DNA of 63,466 nucleotides, filler included, from Chiloscyllium plagiosum (Eukaryota), in the NCBI RefSeq assembly GCF_004010195.1. It is 4 parts of one record of this genome, joined end to end, with 100 filler letters (N's around TTAATTAATTAA, not from the genome) between each part and the next. Parts side by side here need not be neighbours in the genome. Positions count along the whole stretch, not along the records: positions 32,309 to 50,581 come from NC_057712.1; positions 50,682 to 63,466 come from NC_057712.1; 2 more parts are not named here. One strand, given 5' to 3'. This document shows, piece by piece, positions 50,330 through 61,689 of this stretch (its first letter is position 1; every line of letters starts with the position of its first letter). The translations under genes were made by a program, and so were the position numbers. The notes beneath the pieces were generated by a model. That model saw only the letters and a program-made list of their open reading frames with translations. It did not search any database and was not told the origin of the DNA.

Positions 50330-50581
50330 CTTCATTCCGTTCCCCTCAAGAACAAGTATATCGTTTTGGATACTTGTTGGGGGGACGACTTATCATGGGT
50401 AAGCAATGGGGTTCAGGCCTCTGGCATGGAGCCTGTCCCCGTTGCTCAGAAGGGAAGGGTGGAGAAGAGCAGAGCAATAGTTATTGGGGACTCGATAGTT
50501 CGGGGCACAGATAGGCGGTTTTGTGGGGGCGAGAGAGACTCACCTTTGGTATGTTGCCTCCCAGGTGCAAGGGTACATGAC
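50330..50581 (+). mobile_element. CR1 ORF1 fragment (SGNH/GDSL esterase domain)
   Basis: VPLKNKYIVL...RAIVIGDSIVRGTDRRFCGGERDSPLVCCLPGARVHD; runs into gap. Confidence 0.85.
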
Positions 50582-50713
50582 NNNNNNNNNNNNNNNNNNN
50601 NNNNNNNNNNNNNNNNNNNNNNNNNTTAATTAATTAANNNNNNNNNNNNNNNNNNNNNNNNNNNNNNNNNNNNNNNNNNNNAAGATGAGGCGTTGGGGGG
50701 TGGGAAATGGAAG

Positions 50714-51010
50714 TCTTGGAGGAGGTGGAGGGCGTGGTTAGCACTGCTGCCTCACAGCGCCAGAGACCCGGGTTCAATTCCCGCCTCAGGTGACTGACTG
50801 TGTGGAGTTTGCACATTCTCCCCGTGTCTGCGTGGGTTTCCTTCGGGTGCTCCGGTTTCCTCCCACAGTCCAAAGATGTGCAGGTCAGGTGAATTGGCCG
50901 TAGTGTTAGGTAAGGGGTAAATGTAGGGGTATGGGTGGGTTACGCTTTGGCGGCTTGGTGTGGACTTGTTGGGCCGAAGGGCCTGTTTCCACACTGTAAT
51001 GTAATCTAAA
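50714..51010 (+). mobile_element. HE1-like V-SINE
   Basis: gtggttagcactgctgcctcacagcgccagagacccgggttcaattccc. Confidence 0.9.
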
Positions 51011-51469
51011 TCTACATACTAGATTGCTATACCAAGGTAATTTATAAAGGGAACGGCAGCAAAGAAAAAGGATTAAGACAATTTGCTGTGCATCGGTTAT
51101 ACTTTTTAAAAATCACCTCTTGATTTTCACCTGATCTATCACGACCCCTTTGATTGTTGCTGAGCTATTGTTCCATAGATAACACCAACCTTTCACACCT
51201 TAATTACAAGCGCAAGCTAAATTGTGACTGTCAGCAGCAACATTGTATTAAACCCAGCATGATCACTATGCACATATATTTTCAAACAGAGGTAAATGAA
51301 GTCCGGATTGGGAAATGCAGCAGATTTTTCTCCCCCTCTCATTCCAGTTCTGAGCTTGATAATAGAACACCACTGCTGCCCTGGTTGAAATTGGTTATAC
51401 AACACGGTTTGTGAGTTGAATCTGACACCTTCTGGTTGAAATGACTAAGTGTTACATCATGCAGACAAC

Positions 51470-51780
51470 AAGCAAGAAAGAATAACTTGCATTTGGATAG
51501 GTATGGAATTTTCTGGAAATTGGACGTGATGTACAATACAGAATTTTAACACTTGAAGTGAAAGGTTAAGTCCACGCTGACAAATGATAAGTCAACTGTA
51601 GTGTCATTGCTCGAAGGGTATATTTTGCCCAAGACATTTGAGAACACTGCCTCCTCAATTTTCAGTTACCGTTGTGGGATTTCCATCTGAGATAGCACAA
51701 ACGGCTTTGATTTAATGTGCTGTCATTGTTAAGACAGCACATGCAAGAATGTAGCACCTTCTGATGACTGCACAATAGTG
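51470..51780 (-). mobile_element. Old Deu-domain-like SINE
   Basis: 'aagaa..acttgcattt', 'atattt.gcccaagaca', 'gcaccttctga..tgca' echo the rc of 10100-10130 and 12260-12493. Confidence 0.4.
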
Positions 51781-51839
51781 GATAGTTTCGGTCATTTTAC
51801 TTAAGCAGGTATGCATTTCCCTTGGAGGAAGTTTGGAGA

Positions 51840-52370
51840 AGATGCACTTGGTTAGTTCCTGGGATGAAGGGGTTATTTTATGAGTTGGAGATGCCAGCGT
51901 TGGACTGCAGTGTACAAAGTTAAAAATCACATAACACCAGCACTCCGAAAGCTAGTGCTTCCAATTAAACCTGTTGGACTATAACCTGGTGTTGTGTGAT
52001 TTTTTAACTTTATTTTTTGAGGAAAGTTTGAGCAGATTGGGCCTGTATGTATTGGATCTCATTGAAACATTCTGAGGAGGCTTGATAGGGTAAATGCTGA
52101 GTTGATGTTTTCCCTCCTAGAGGAATTGGAGGGTACAGATTCAAAATAAGTGGTACCTATCAAAAAATGGAAATTTGTTTTTAAGAAGGTCATTAGTGTC
52201 TGGAATTCTCTCCCTCAGAAAACACTTAGTCATTTAGTATATTCAAAACTGAATTCAATTGACACGGGAGTCAAAGTTTATGGTGTACAATCAAGAGAGT
52301 GGAATCACGGCCACATCAGAGCAGAAATATCTTTATTGACTGGTGGAGCAGTTCATCTATTCTAGCTCTG
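51840..52370 (+). mobile_element. Old CR1 3' fragment containing mini-PLE 51885-52010
   Basis: 'gggatgaaggggttattttatgag|gaaagtttgagcagattggg'; VISVWNSLPQK; TSD ttatttt(a/t)tgag around a family-B tail/pLTR fold-back. Confidence 0.75.
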
Positions 52371-53189
52371 ATTTTTATATTCTTACTCAGAATTAGATAT
52401 TCTCTGCTGTACGCCAGCACGGCTTGAGCCCATAATCTCCCGAGAGAGGAAATGCTATCCCGTTCCAAGGTCGAGAAAAACATGAAAAATTTATACTCAG
52501 GAATAAACAATAAATTTAGACGGTGTTGAGTGATTCATTCACTGTTTGCCTTTAGTCACAATTTTACGGACTAGGAGCCGATATTGGGGCACGCTGCAAT
52601 TTGCAATTTGTACATGAAGCTTTGTACCCAAAGACAATATTTGACTTTAGTATAGTTCATTCTTGCAGCTCAAAATCTTTGTTCAAGTAATTTATGCGTA
52701 AATCATTCCTTTCCAATTGCTGCACACTTAAAGAAAAGTAAAGGCATATCTAAACAGTAATAAGGTTGCATACCATTTCTACACTGCAGGAAATAAGGTA
52801 AAGCACTTCTCCAAAGCATACATGGCTCTCAAGGTAAATTAACAAGCAGCAGATTTTACTGGTATTGATCACAAGATTGAAAAGGTTTGACCCCCCCCCA
52901 TTACTCATTGACCTTCCCTGTGCTAAATTCCAATATCATTGGTCATTTTTGTATTCATGTGACATTCCACTTTATTTTCACATTCCAGCATGTTTGTCCA
53001 AAATTACTTTCGAATCATGCCTCTTCACTTACTAGTTCAAATGATTTAAATATGACTTACGTTGCTTTTAATGGTTCTCAATTTATTATTTTCAAGAGAC
53101 TTTTAAGATCAGAAGGATAGTTGAAATTATGGTGTGACTATTTTTCCACGAGTAAGGTCTGTACTGGTTATTTGCCAGAGGCACGTTGG

Positions 53190-54435
53190 AAAGAACAATT
53201 ACACCCTTGGATCCGCCTGACCAGATTTACGAGAAACATGTTATGTGCAGCCAGGATAGATGCCGGAAGAAACCACCCTCGAGATACCAACCACAGATGC
53301 ATCACACAAAAGTGGTCCTTCCTTCAGGGCTTTCTCTGGTCATATTTTTGGTTTTTCTTACTTTTTATGTGAGCAGGCTGGAACGTTGTCTGCGTGCATT
53401 TCTCATCTGATACTGTATTGTAGCTAGATGCTCATGGGAAGGCATGAGGACTATGACGCACAAATACTCTGGCCTCATCTCACTGGAGCAGACAACTTGC
53501 AAGGTTTGTGGTAATGGTGGTACTTAGGAGAAAGTGAGGACTGCAGATGCTGGAGATCAGAGCTGAAAATGTGTTGCTGGAAAAGCGCAGCAAGTCAGGC
53601 AGCATCCAAGGAGCAGGATAATCGACGTTTCGGGCATGAGCCCTTCTTCAGGAATGAGGAAGGTGTGCCAAGCAGGCTAAGATAAAAGGTAGGGAGGATG
53701 GACTTGGGGGAGGGGCGTTGGGAATGCGTTCATCCCTTGTGGTTGGAGGGTTCCTAGGCGGAAGATGAGGCGTTCTTCCTCCAACCGTCGTGTTGCTATA
53801 GTCTGGCGTTGGAGGAGTCCAAGGACCTGCATGTCCTTGGTGGAGTGGGAGGGGGAGTTGAAGTGTTGAGCCACGGGGTGGTTGGGTTGGTTGGTCCGGG
53901 TGTCCCAGAGGTGTTCTCTGAAACGTTCTGCAAGTAGGCGGCCTGTCTCCCCAATATAGAGGAGGCCACATCGTGTGCAGCGGATGCAATCTTCTTCCTG
54001 ACCTCTCCACCCCCACCCCCAATCTGGCCTATCACCCTCACCTTGACCTCCTTCCACCTATCGCGTTTCTAACGCCCCTCCCCCAAGTCCCTCCTCCCTA
54101 CCTTTTATCTTAGCCTGCTTGGCACACTCTCCTCATTCCTGAATGGTGGTACTTACACTGGTTGAGTGGACAATGCTATTGGCCTTCTTCCTACAATGCT
54201 GTATGTTGTGACAGGACTACCGAGACTGCACTGACCTTAGTGGTAACCTTGGATGAGGCTGACATAGTCTGGTGTCCTGATCTTCACAGTGGTCCTGGGA
54301 ATAAACGAAGTCCAACCTGTGCACCACCCTGTCCAACAGGAGCTCCAGAACCATGCCTGCAACACGGGATGCCGATTTCCCCGTTTGGTATATCTGGGGC
54401 ATTATGTCAGGAACTGCATGAAGCGGCTGAAGGAG
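53190..54435 (-). mobile_element. Second Harbinger Myb/SANT relic, interrupted by PLE
   Basis: rc: GKSASRVAGMVLELLLDRV...KVSAVSVV...IQHCRKKANSIVHSTS followed by GTAAGTaccacc donor, equivalent to the 733 donor. Confidence 0.6.
53527..54141. mobile_element. Fold-back PLE family A with GIY-YIG remnant
   Basis: CIRCTRCGLLYIGETGRLLAERFREH..RRLEEERLIFRLGTLQPQGMN; hammerhead 53624-53651(-); inverted arm ~53988-54141; TSD aatggtggtactta at 53513-53526 and 54142-54155. Confidence 0.9.
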
Positions 54436-54439
54436 CAGG

Positions 54440-55085
54440 TAATCTTGAGGAGGCTGGGAAGCTGCAGAAGGACACGGACAGGCTCAGGGAGTGGGCAAAG
54501 GAGCGGCAGATGGAACACAATGTGGGAAAGTGTGTGGTTATGCATTTCAGTGGGAAAGATAGAGGAGCAGACTATTTGCTAAATGAGGAAAGGCTTTGAA
54601 AATCTGAAGTAGAAAGGAACTTGGGAGTCCTAGTTTAGGATTCTCTTAAGGTTTACATGCAGGTTCAGTTGGCAGTTAGAAAGGCAAATGCAATGTTAAC
54701 ATTTCTTTCAAGAGGGCTAAATATGAGAGCAGAGATGTACTCCTGAGGCAGAATAAGGCTTTGGTTAGATTGCATTTGGAATATTGTGAGCAGATTTGAG
54801 CCCCATATCTAAGGAAGGATGTACTAGCTGTGGAAGTAGTCCAGAGGAGCTTTACAAGAATGATCCTGGAGATGTAGAGTTTGTCATATGTGAAGTATAC
54901 CCAGTGATGTTTAGAAGGATGTGGTCTATACCCAGTGATGTTTAGAAGGATGGTGGGGGAGGGGGGGGGGGGGAGCTGATTGAAACTTACAGAATACTGA
55001 GACGCCTGGATAGAGTGGACACAGAGAAGATTTTTCGACAAGTATGAGAGATTAGGACCAAGGAGATAGCCTTAGAGTGAAGGGA
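54440..55085 (+). mobile_element. CR1 ORF2 3' fragment
   Basis: KLQKDTDRLREWAKERQMEHNVGKCVVMHF. Confidence 0.88.
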
Positions 55086-55411
55086 GCGGCGGTGAAGGAG
55101 GCCCAGGACCTCCATGTCCTCGGCAGAGTGGGAGGGGGAGTTGAAATGTTGGGCGCTCCCTCACCACCAGACGCCTGGAGGAAGAACGCCTCATCTTCCG
55201 CCTTGGAACACTTCAACCCCAGGGCATCAATGTGGACTTCAACAGCTTCCTCATTTGACCTTCCCCCACCTCATCCTAGTTTCAAACTTCCAGCTCTGCA
55301 CTGTCCCCCTGACTTGTCCGGACTGATGAAGGGCTTTTGCCCGAAACGTCGATTTTGCTGCTCCTCGGATGCTGCCTGAACTGCTGTGCTCTTCCAGCAC
55401 CACTGATCCAG
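55086..55411 (+). mobile_element. PLE family A' 3' fragment with 5' inversion; hammerhead 55323-55350
   Basis: 55086-55155 minus, then 'cgcctggaggaagaacgcctcatcttccgccttgga'; ends ccactgatccaga. Confidence 0.85.
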
Positions 55412-55672
55412 ATGCTGCACATTGATATTCATTTTACAAAGTGATTGGACTGGTACCAGGAGGTACAACAGTTAGTATAGGAGTCCTATCTTTATTTATG
55501 AAAACAAGAAAAGGGAGTTTTACTTATCAACTTACAGACTGTATCTAGTTGACCATTTTACAGATCAGTTAGAATACTGACAGAGGACAATTCTGGATCT
55601 ATCTTGAGTTTCAACAGGAAACAAGCAAAACTCAAGAACATTTATTCATTCCCATATCTGCCTATTTTAAAT

Positions 55673-55806
55673 GAAAACTGAAAGAACTGCGGATGCTGGA
55701 GATCAGAAACAAAAATAGAATTTGCTGGAAAAGCTCAGCAGGTCTGACAGCAGCTATGTAGAGAAATCAAAGTTAACATTTCGGGTCTAGTTACCTTTCC
55801 TCAGGA
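55673..55806 (-). mobile_element. PLE family C pLTR+tail with degenerate hammerhead
   Basis: rc 55775-55804 CTGAGGA-aaggtaactagaccc-GAAA-TGTT; related tail at 24775-24860. Confidence 0.65.
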
Positions 55807-55867
55807 CTTCCACAAAACTTTTCAGTTATGTAATGATCCTGCGAATAGTGAAAGTCCAAAAATAAAT

Positions 55868-56059
55868 TTAAAAATCACACAACACCAGGTTATAGTCTAA
55901 CAGGTTTAATTGGAAGCACTAGCTTTCGGAGCGACACTCCTTCATCAGGTTGTGGCCTCAGAAAGCTAGTGCTTCCAATTAAACCTGTTGGATTATAACC
56001 TAGTGTTGTGTGATTCTTAACTTTGTACACCCCAGTCCAACACTGGCATCTCCAAATCA
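55868..56059. mobile_element. Fold-back mini-PLE family B
   Basis: Inverted arms; hammerhead 55920-55948(-); right arm carries tail; no clear TSD. Confidence 0.85.
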
Positions 56060-56074
56060 AGAATAGACTGTTTG

Positions 56075-56333
56075 ATTAGATTAGATTCTCTACAGTGTGG
56101 AAACAGGCCCTTCGCCCAACAAGTCCACACCGACCCTCCAAAGAGCAACGACCCAGACCCATTCCCCTACACCTAACACTATGGGCAATTTAGCATGGCC
56201 AATTCACCTGACCTGCACATCTTTTGGATTGTGGGAGGAAACCAGAGCACCCGGAGGAAACCCACGCAGACACGGGGAGAATGTGCAAACTCCACACAGA
56301 CAGTCGCCCGAGGCGGGAATTGAACTCGGGTCC
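56075..56333 (-). mobile_element. HE1-like V-SINE, (TCTAA)n tail
   Basis: Homologous to 33651-33961. Confidence 0.88.
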
Positions 56334-56969
56334 CTTATGGATTTTTGTTGGTTGTTTCCTAATAGATAGATATTTGAATCTATTCCCATCTCTCTTTATG
56401 AATGCTAAGTCAGTTTATAATCTAATTACTAGTATTTCCATGAAAGGTAACTTCCCTTAAAAATACCATGCACAGCATTTTATCAAACTACTTCCATTCA
56501 TCATTTTTCAACCTCTAGAACTTTAGACTTTGGCAATAAACCTGGGCCTCAGGAAACCTGACAGATGGAGAGAGGTGAAGAGCAGGGATGCTTTCTCCTG
56601 GACTCCCACTACCAGACCCTACAAGGACTTCCATAATCAGGGATCAGATCATACCCAAGGTATGGAGTTTAGAACCCTATTGGCTCTGGAATATAATGAA
56701 CTCCTGATTTGAACCCTCTCAGAATCTGGGATTAGACCTTTTCCCCGGGATCATGGATTGATCCAAGTTGGTCCAGTGGTCTGCTCTGACATGCTATCTG
56801 CTTAAAGCCTGTCAATCAAGTTGATTCATGATGATGTAGTTGAGGGCATCAAACGACAAGTGCTGTGAGTGAAAACTCCAGGGAAACCCAGGTATTTAGC
56901 TTCACAACCTGAAACTCTACATTACCATCTACCACTGCCTAACACACCCAGTAAGAGCACAGTAACAAA

Positions 56970-57300
56970 CATAGAATCCATACAGTGCGAAAGCAGACCA
57001 TCATGTCCACACCAACCCTCCGAAGAGCATCCCACCCAGATGCAACCCCCTGCCTAATCCCTGTAACCCTGCATTTCCCATTGCTAATCCACCTAACCTG
57101 CACGGCCTTGGACACAATGGACATCTCAGCATTAGGCCAGTCCACCTAAACTGTACACCTTTGGACAGTTGGAGGAAACGAGAGCACATCCACACAGACA
57201 CAGAACAATGTGCAAACTCCACACAGATAGCTGCCCGAGTGTCGGATCAAACCCAGAACTCTGGAGCTGTGAGACAGCAGTGTTAACCACTTGATCCACC
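56970..57300 (-). mobile_element. HE1-like V-SINE (older)
   Basis: CR1-like 'ttctatg' tail, V-domain, tRNA head. Confidence 0.8.
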
Positions 57301-57387
57301 CCCGGGTGGGTGCAGAATCGACAAATGTGACCCATCTTTAACAAAGATGTTCTGATCTTTCTAGATGATGCCACTACTTTATCCTAA

Positions 57388-57605
57388 TTGGTTTAGCTCA
57401 GTTGGCTGGATTGTTGATTTGCAGAACAGTCTGATGCCGATAGTGTGGGTTCAATTCCTAACCCCTGTTTGAGGTATCTAACCACCTTCTCAATTTCTTC
57501 CCTCACCTGAAGTCTGGTGACCCTCAGGTTAAATCACCACCAGACATGGCTCTCTCTGATGAGAGAGCGGCCCCAATGGTCTGGTGAGACTTTGGCAACA
57601 CAACA
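57388..57605 (+). mobile_element. tRNA-derived SINE (third family)
   Basis: A box 'tagctcagttgg', B box 'gggttcaattcc', body 'gtgaccctcaggttaaatcaccacc'. Confidence 0.65.
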
Positions 57606-57929
57606 ACAACTTTATCCTGAAAAATGGAATGCTAAGAGATTTCCCTTATTTTATGTTAGGAAAAGTGGCCTAAGCATTTTTTTCGTGAACTGTTTGGACA
57701 TACTACAACACAAGATGGGAGGGACTTGAAACTGGACCTTTTGGCCCAGGTGGTAACGACACAACCACTGCACCAGAAAAGCTTTGACAAAGCGGTGTCG
57801 AGTTTAACTCATTGGTTAGGCAGCTCAGTTAAGTTTGGAGTCGATTTTTTTCTTTCTTTAAATGTATTCTGCTACATGATGGTTGCAGATATTTTTACTC
57901 GCCTTTTTCAGATAGGCTATGATATACCT

Positions 57930-58545
57930 CTGAATGTCCCTGAAGGTGGCAGGACAAGCTAATAGGATGGTGAAGAACGCCAACAGGCCATTTGCTCTTA
58001 TCAGGTGTGGCATAGCTTATAAGTGTGGGAAGGTGATATCGGAGCTATATAGGACTATGGTTAGACCACAGTGGGAGTACCGTGTGCAGTTCTGCTCACC
58101 ATACTATAGGAAGGCTGTGACGGCACTGAAGAGGGTTCAAATGAGATTCACCACGATGTTGCGTCAGATGGAGCACTTCAGTGACAAATAAAGGTTGGGA
58201 AAGCTCTGGTTATTTTCTTTGGAGCAGAGAATGTTGAGAGGAGACGTGATAGAAGATATAAGATCATGAGGGGCATAGACAAGGTAATTAAAAGGCAGCT
58301 GGTCCCCTTAGTCAAAAGGTCAATAACAATGGGGCATGGTTTTAAAGCGAAAGGCAGGAGATTTAGAGCGGACTTGAGGGCAAATGTTCACATATGGAGG
58401 GTTGTGGGAGGTCAGAATGCTCTGCCTGGATGCCTCACAGAATGTACTTGGATGAGAACTTGTATATTCAAGGCTATGGGCCTAGTGCAGGAAATAGCAT
58501 ATTTTTTGGCAGTACAGACTGCTTCTGAAATATGTAATTCTATAA
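57930..58545 (+). mobile_element. CR1 3' fragment
   Basis: LYRTMVRPQWEYRVQFCSPYYRK; WRVVGGQNALP. Confidence 0.85.
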
Positions 58546-59239
58546 AGGTGTTCTTGAGCCCAGACCTCCTGGTTCAGACACTGCTTGGACACCACCACTG
58601 TACCACAAGAACCTTCTCCAGAGGACAAACAGGTTGTAGATACTTATATCTTGATGTGTTATCGCATACCTTTGGTGAGACCTGAACCTGGGTCTTCTGG
58701 CTCAAAGATAGGGAGCCCTAACATTGCATCACGAGACCCCTGCTAAAATGAGCCTGTACAGTAGTTTAATAAGTTGGTTAGGCAGCTCAATTAAATTGGA
58801 AGCGGTTCTTAGCTCACAGCTGCCACCAAGTGGTATTAGTTAGCAACATCCCTTGAAGTATAAGAATAGCCAGAGTGGTTAAAAATTCCTCCTCAGGCCA
58901 CGTCTAAGACATATTGGTAAAGGGAGGGAAACTCTTGGTTCTAAAGATTCCTTTTTAATGGGATAACATTCTTTCCACAACACAGTCATAGTTTACTTCA
59001 GAAATGTAAATGTTGTCGTTATGCAGACCATTCAAGTATACATTCTCTCCCTACAACGTCTCTTGAAAACATTCAGTTTGAAACCATTAAGATATGCACT
59101 GACTCCCAAAGTGATTGTGTTATTGGCAGAAGGCATAGCTTTAAACCAGCCCGTTGTGTAATCCTAATTACAGGATTGTTCTACGTGCTGGAAATTCTGC
59201 ATTTATGATCTTGTATGCTCAGCTCAGGAAGATTGTGAG

Positions 59240-59545
59240 GCAACATGGTGGCTCGGTAGTCAACACTGCTGCCTCACTGTGCCAGGGACCCAGGTTCAAC
59301 TCCAGCCTCAGTCTGTGTGGAGTTTGCACATTCTCCCCATGTCTGCATGAGTTTCCTCCCACAAACCAAAGATGTGCAGGTTAGGCAAATTGGCTATGTT
59401 AAATTGCCCATAGTGTTCAGGGATGTTTAGGTTAGGTGTATTAGGTAGGTGTAAATTTAAAGGAACGTGTCTGGGTGGGTTACTCTTCGGAGGGTCAGTG
59501 TGGACTTGTTGGGCCGAAGGGCCTGTTTCCACACTATAGAGATTC
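59240..59545 (+). mobile_element. HE1-like V-SINE
   Basis: tRNA head, V-domain, tail. Confidence 0.85.
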
Positions 59546-59883
59546 CACTCTGTTCTGTAAATCTTAGCTCAGATTTTTCTGCTTGTCCCTGTTCTTCCCA
59601 ATGGGGTTATTTCAGAATGGTCCCATTAATTCAGGTCATTAGAGTGGTCTGACAGGAATGAAATCTTATTTCAGGATTTCCATTCAACAACAATTCTGTC
59701 ACTTTGGAAAAAAAAGCTTATTAAATATTTCTGGCAGAAATATTGTCAGTTGAGGAGGAAGGGATCAATGACAAGGGAGCATGGATTAAAGGTACAGGGC
59801 AGGAAGTTTGGAGAGACTGTGAGGCAAAGCCTTTTCAATCAGACCATGGTGGGAATCTAGAATTCAATGCTTGTGAGAGTAAT

Positions 59884-60497
59884 CATAGAATCCCTACAAC
59901 ATGGAAGCAGGTCATTCAGCCCATCAAATCCACACCAGTCCTTCAAAGAGGCATAGAGTGAATCATCAGAGGCTATTTCCTAGGGCAGAAATGGTTGTCA
60001 CGAGGGGGCATAATCTTAAGATAATTGGAGGAAGCTTTAGGGAGATGTCGCAGAGAATGGTGGGTGCATGGAATGCACTGCAAGCTGTGGTAATAGAGTC
60101 AGATACATTAGGGGCCTTTAAGCGACTCTTGGATAGGCACATGGATGATAGTAAATTGAAAGCTATGTAGGTTAGCTTGTTCTTAGAGTAGGATATAAGG
60201 TCGGCACAACATCAAGGGCTGAAGGGCCTGTCCTGTGCTGTACTATTCTATGATCTAAAGAGGATCCTACCCACCCTACCCTATCCCTGCATTTCTCATG
60301 GCTTATCCACCTAACCTACACATCTATGGGTATTTTAGCATGGCCAATCCACCTAACCTGTATATCTTTGGACTGTGGGAGGAAGCTCATGCAAAAATGG
60401 GGAGAACATGCAAATTCCACATAGACAGTCACCTGAGGGTCGAATTGAACTTGGGTCCTTACACTGTGAGGCAGCAATGCTAACCACCATGCCACCC
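59884..60497 (-). mobile_element. HE1-like SINE split by a + strand CR1 3' end (59952-60256)
   Basis: TSD aaagagg at 59945-59951 and 60257-60263; CR1 RMVGAWNALQAVV. Confidence 0.8.
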
Positions 60498-61689
60498 TAA
60501 TAGAGACTAGCAGAGGCAGAAATCTTCACTACATTTAAAAAGAATTTACATGGGCATTTGTGATGCCAAGGAATATAAGGCTATGGGCCAAGTGTTGGAA
60601 AAGAAAATAAGAATAGTCAGGTGGTTGTTTTTGAACAGCGTAAACACAATGGGCCGAAGGGCCTTTTCCTATGCTGTAGACATCCAAGGTTCTACGAGGA
60701 GTGCAGTCTGAACATTTGAAGTAGTCACCTGTGATTTTCATTTCACTGAACTGAAGAATATAGGAAGCTGATTTTGACAGAAGTCTGTAACGTAAATGCG
60801 GGAAGTCATTGTGCGCTGAAAATGTAAGCGAAAGGATACATACCTTGACACAAACAAAAATTCATTGAAATAATTTGGGGAAGAAATGCCATGTTTTGTC
60901 TCTTTATATATCTTTTCCTCAAATCATTATTTTGGAGAAGAAATTTAATTCATTGCTGTCCATTTTTGCATCTCAAAAACTGGCATTTAAGAGTGAAAAA
61001 TCAGGGATTAATTTCCAACAATGGCAAAGACTCAAATATTCAGCACATCACCATAAGACAGATTCTATTTGTCTACCAAAAGGGTATCAGATTATTAAGT
61101 CAAATTATGTTTTTAATGCTAAGAATTCCAAGATTTTTGCAGGCTACTTTGAAAATGTAATGATGTCATCTGTTTTTTCTATGCATGCTTTAAATGCTAA
61201 CTAAATTGGCTATATGAATGCATTGTTTAAAATTTGCATCAAACTGCAGTTTTACCAAGCTACCGTTAGGCCAACAATGTTTACCATTCTGCCATAATTT
61301 CAGTGGAAATTCATCAGAAGAGACACAAACACTACTGCGGTGCATTGTAACAGAACTTAGTCAGCAAATATTATCCCAGGGGTGGTTTCCACCCACTAGC
61401 AGAAAAGCATTGGCTTAAGTGGGAGGTGGATCTAGACACCAGATTGGGAGTTCCCAACACTCTAGCCCTCAGGAGGGACTTGGTTCTTGGTCAACACCCC
61501 ATGTCATCAGGAATACCTCTCCATCAAGTCCAAAGATGTGCAGGTTAGATGGATTAGCTATGCTAAATTGCTCCATAGCATCCAGGGGTGTGCAGGCTAG
61601 GTGGATTAGACGAAAGTGAGTACTGCAGATGCTGGAGATCAGAGTCAAGATTAGAGTGGTGTTGGAAAAGCACAGTACATCAGGCAGCA

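Noticed and set aside
57552..57575. CTGATGA in a SINE as a hammerhead
   Set aside because: No helix II-GAAA follows; it is part of a ctctctc/gagagag hairpin.
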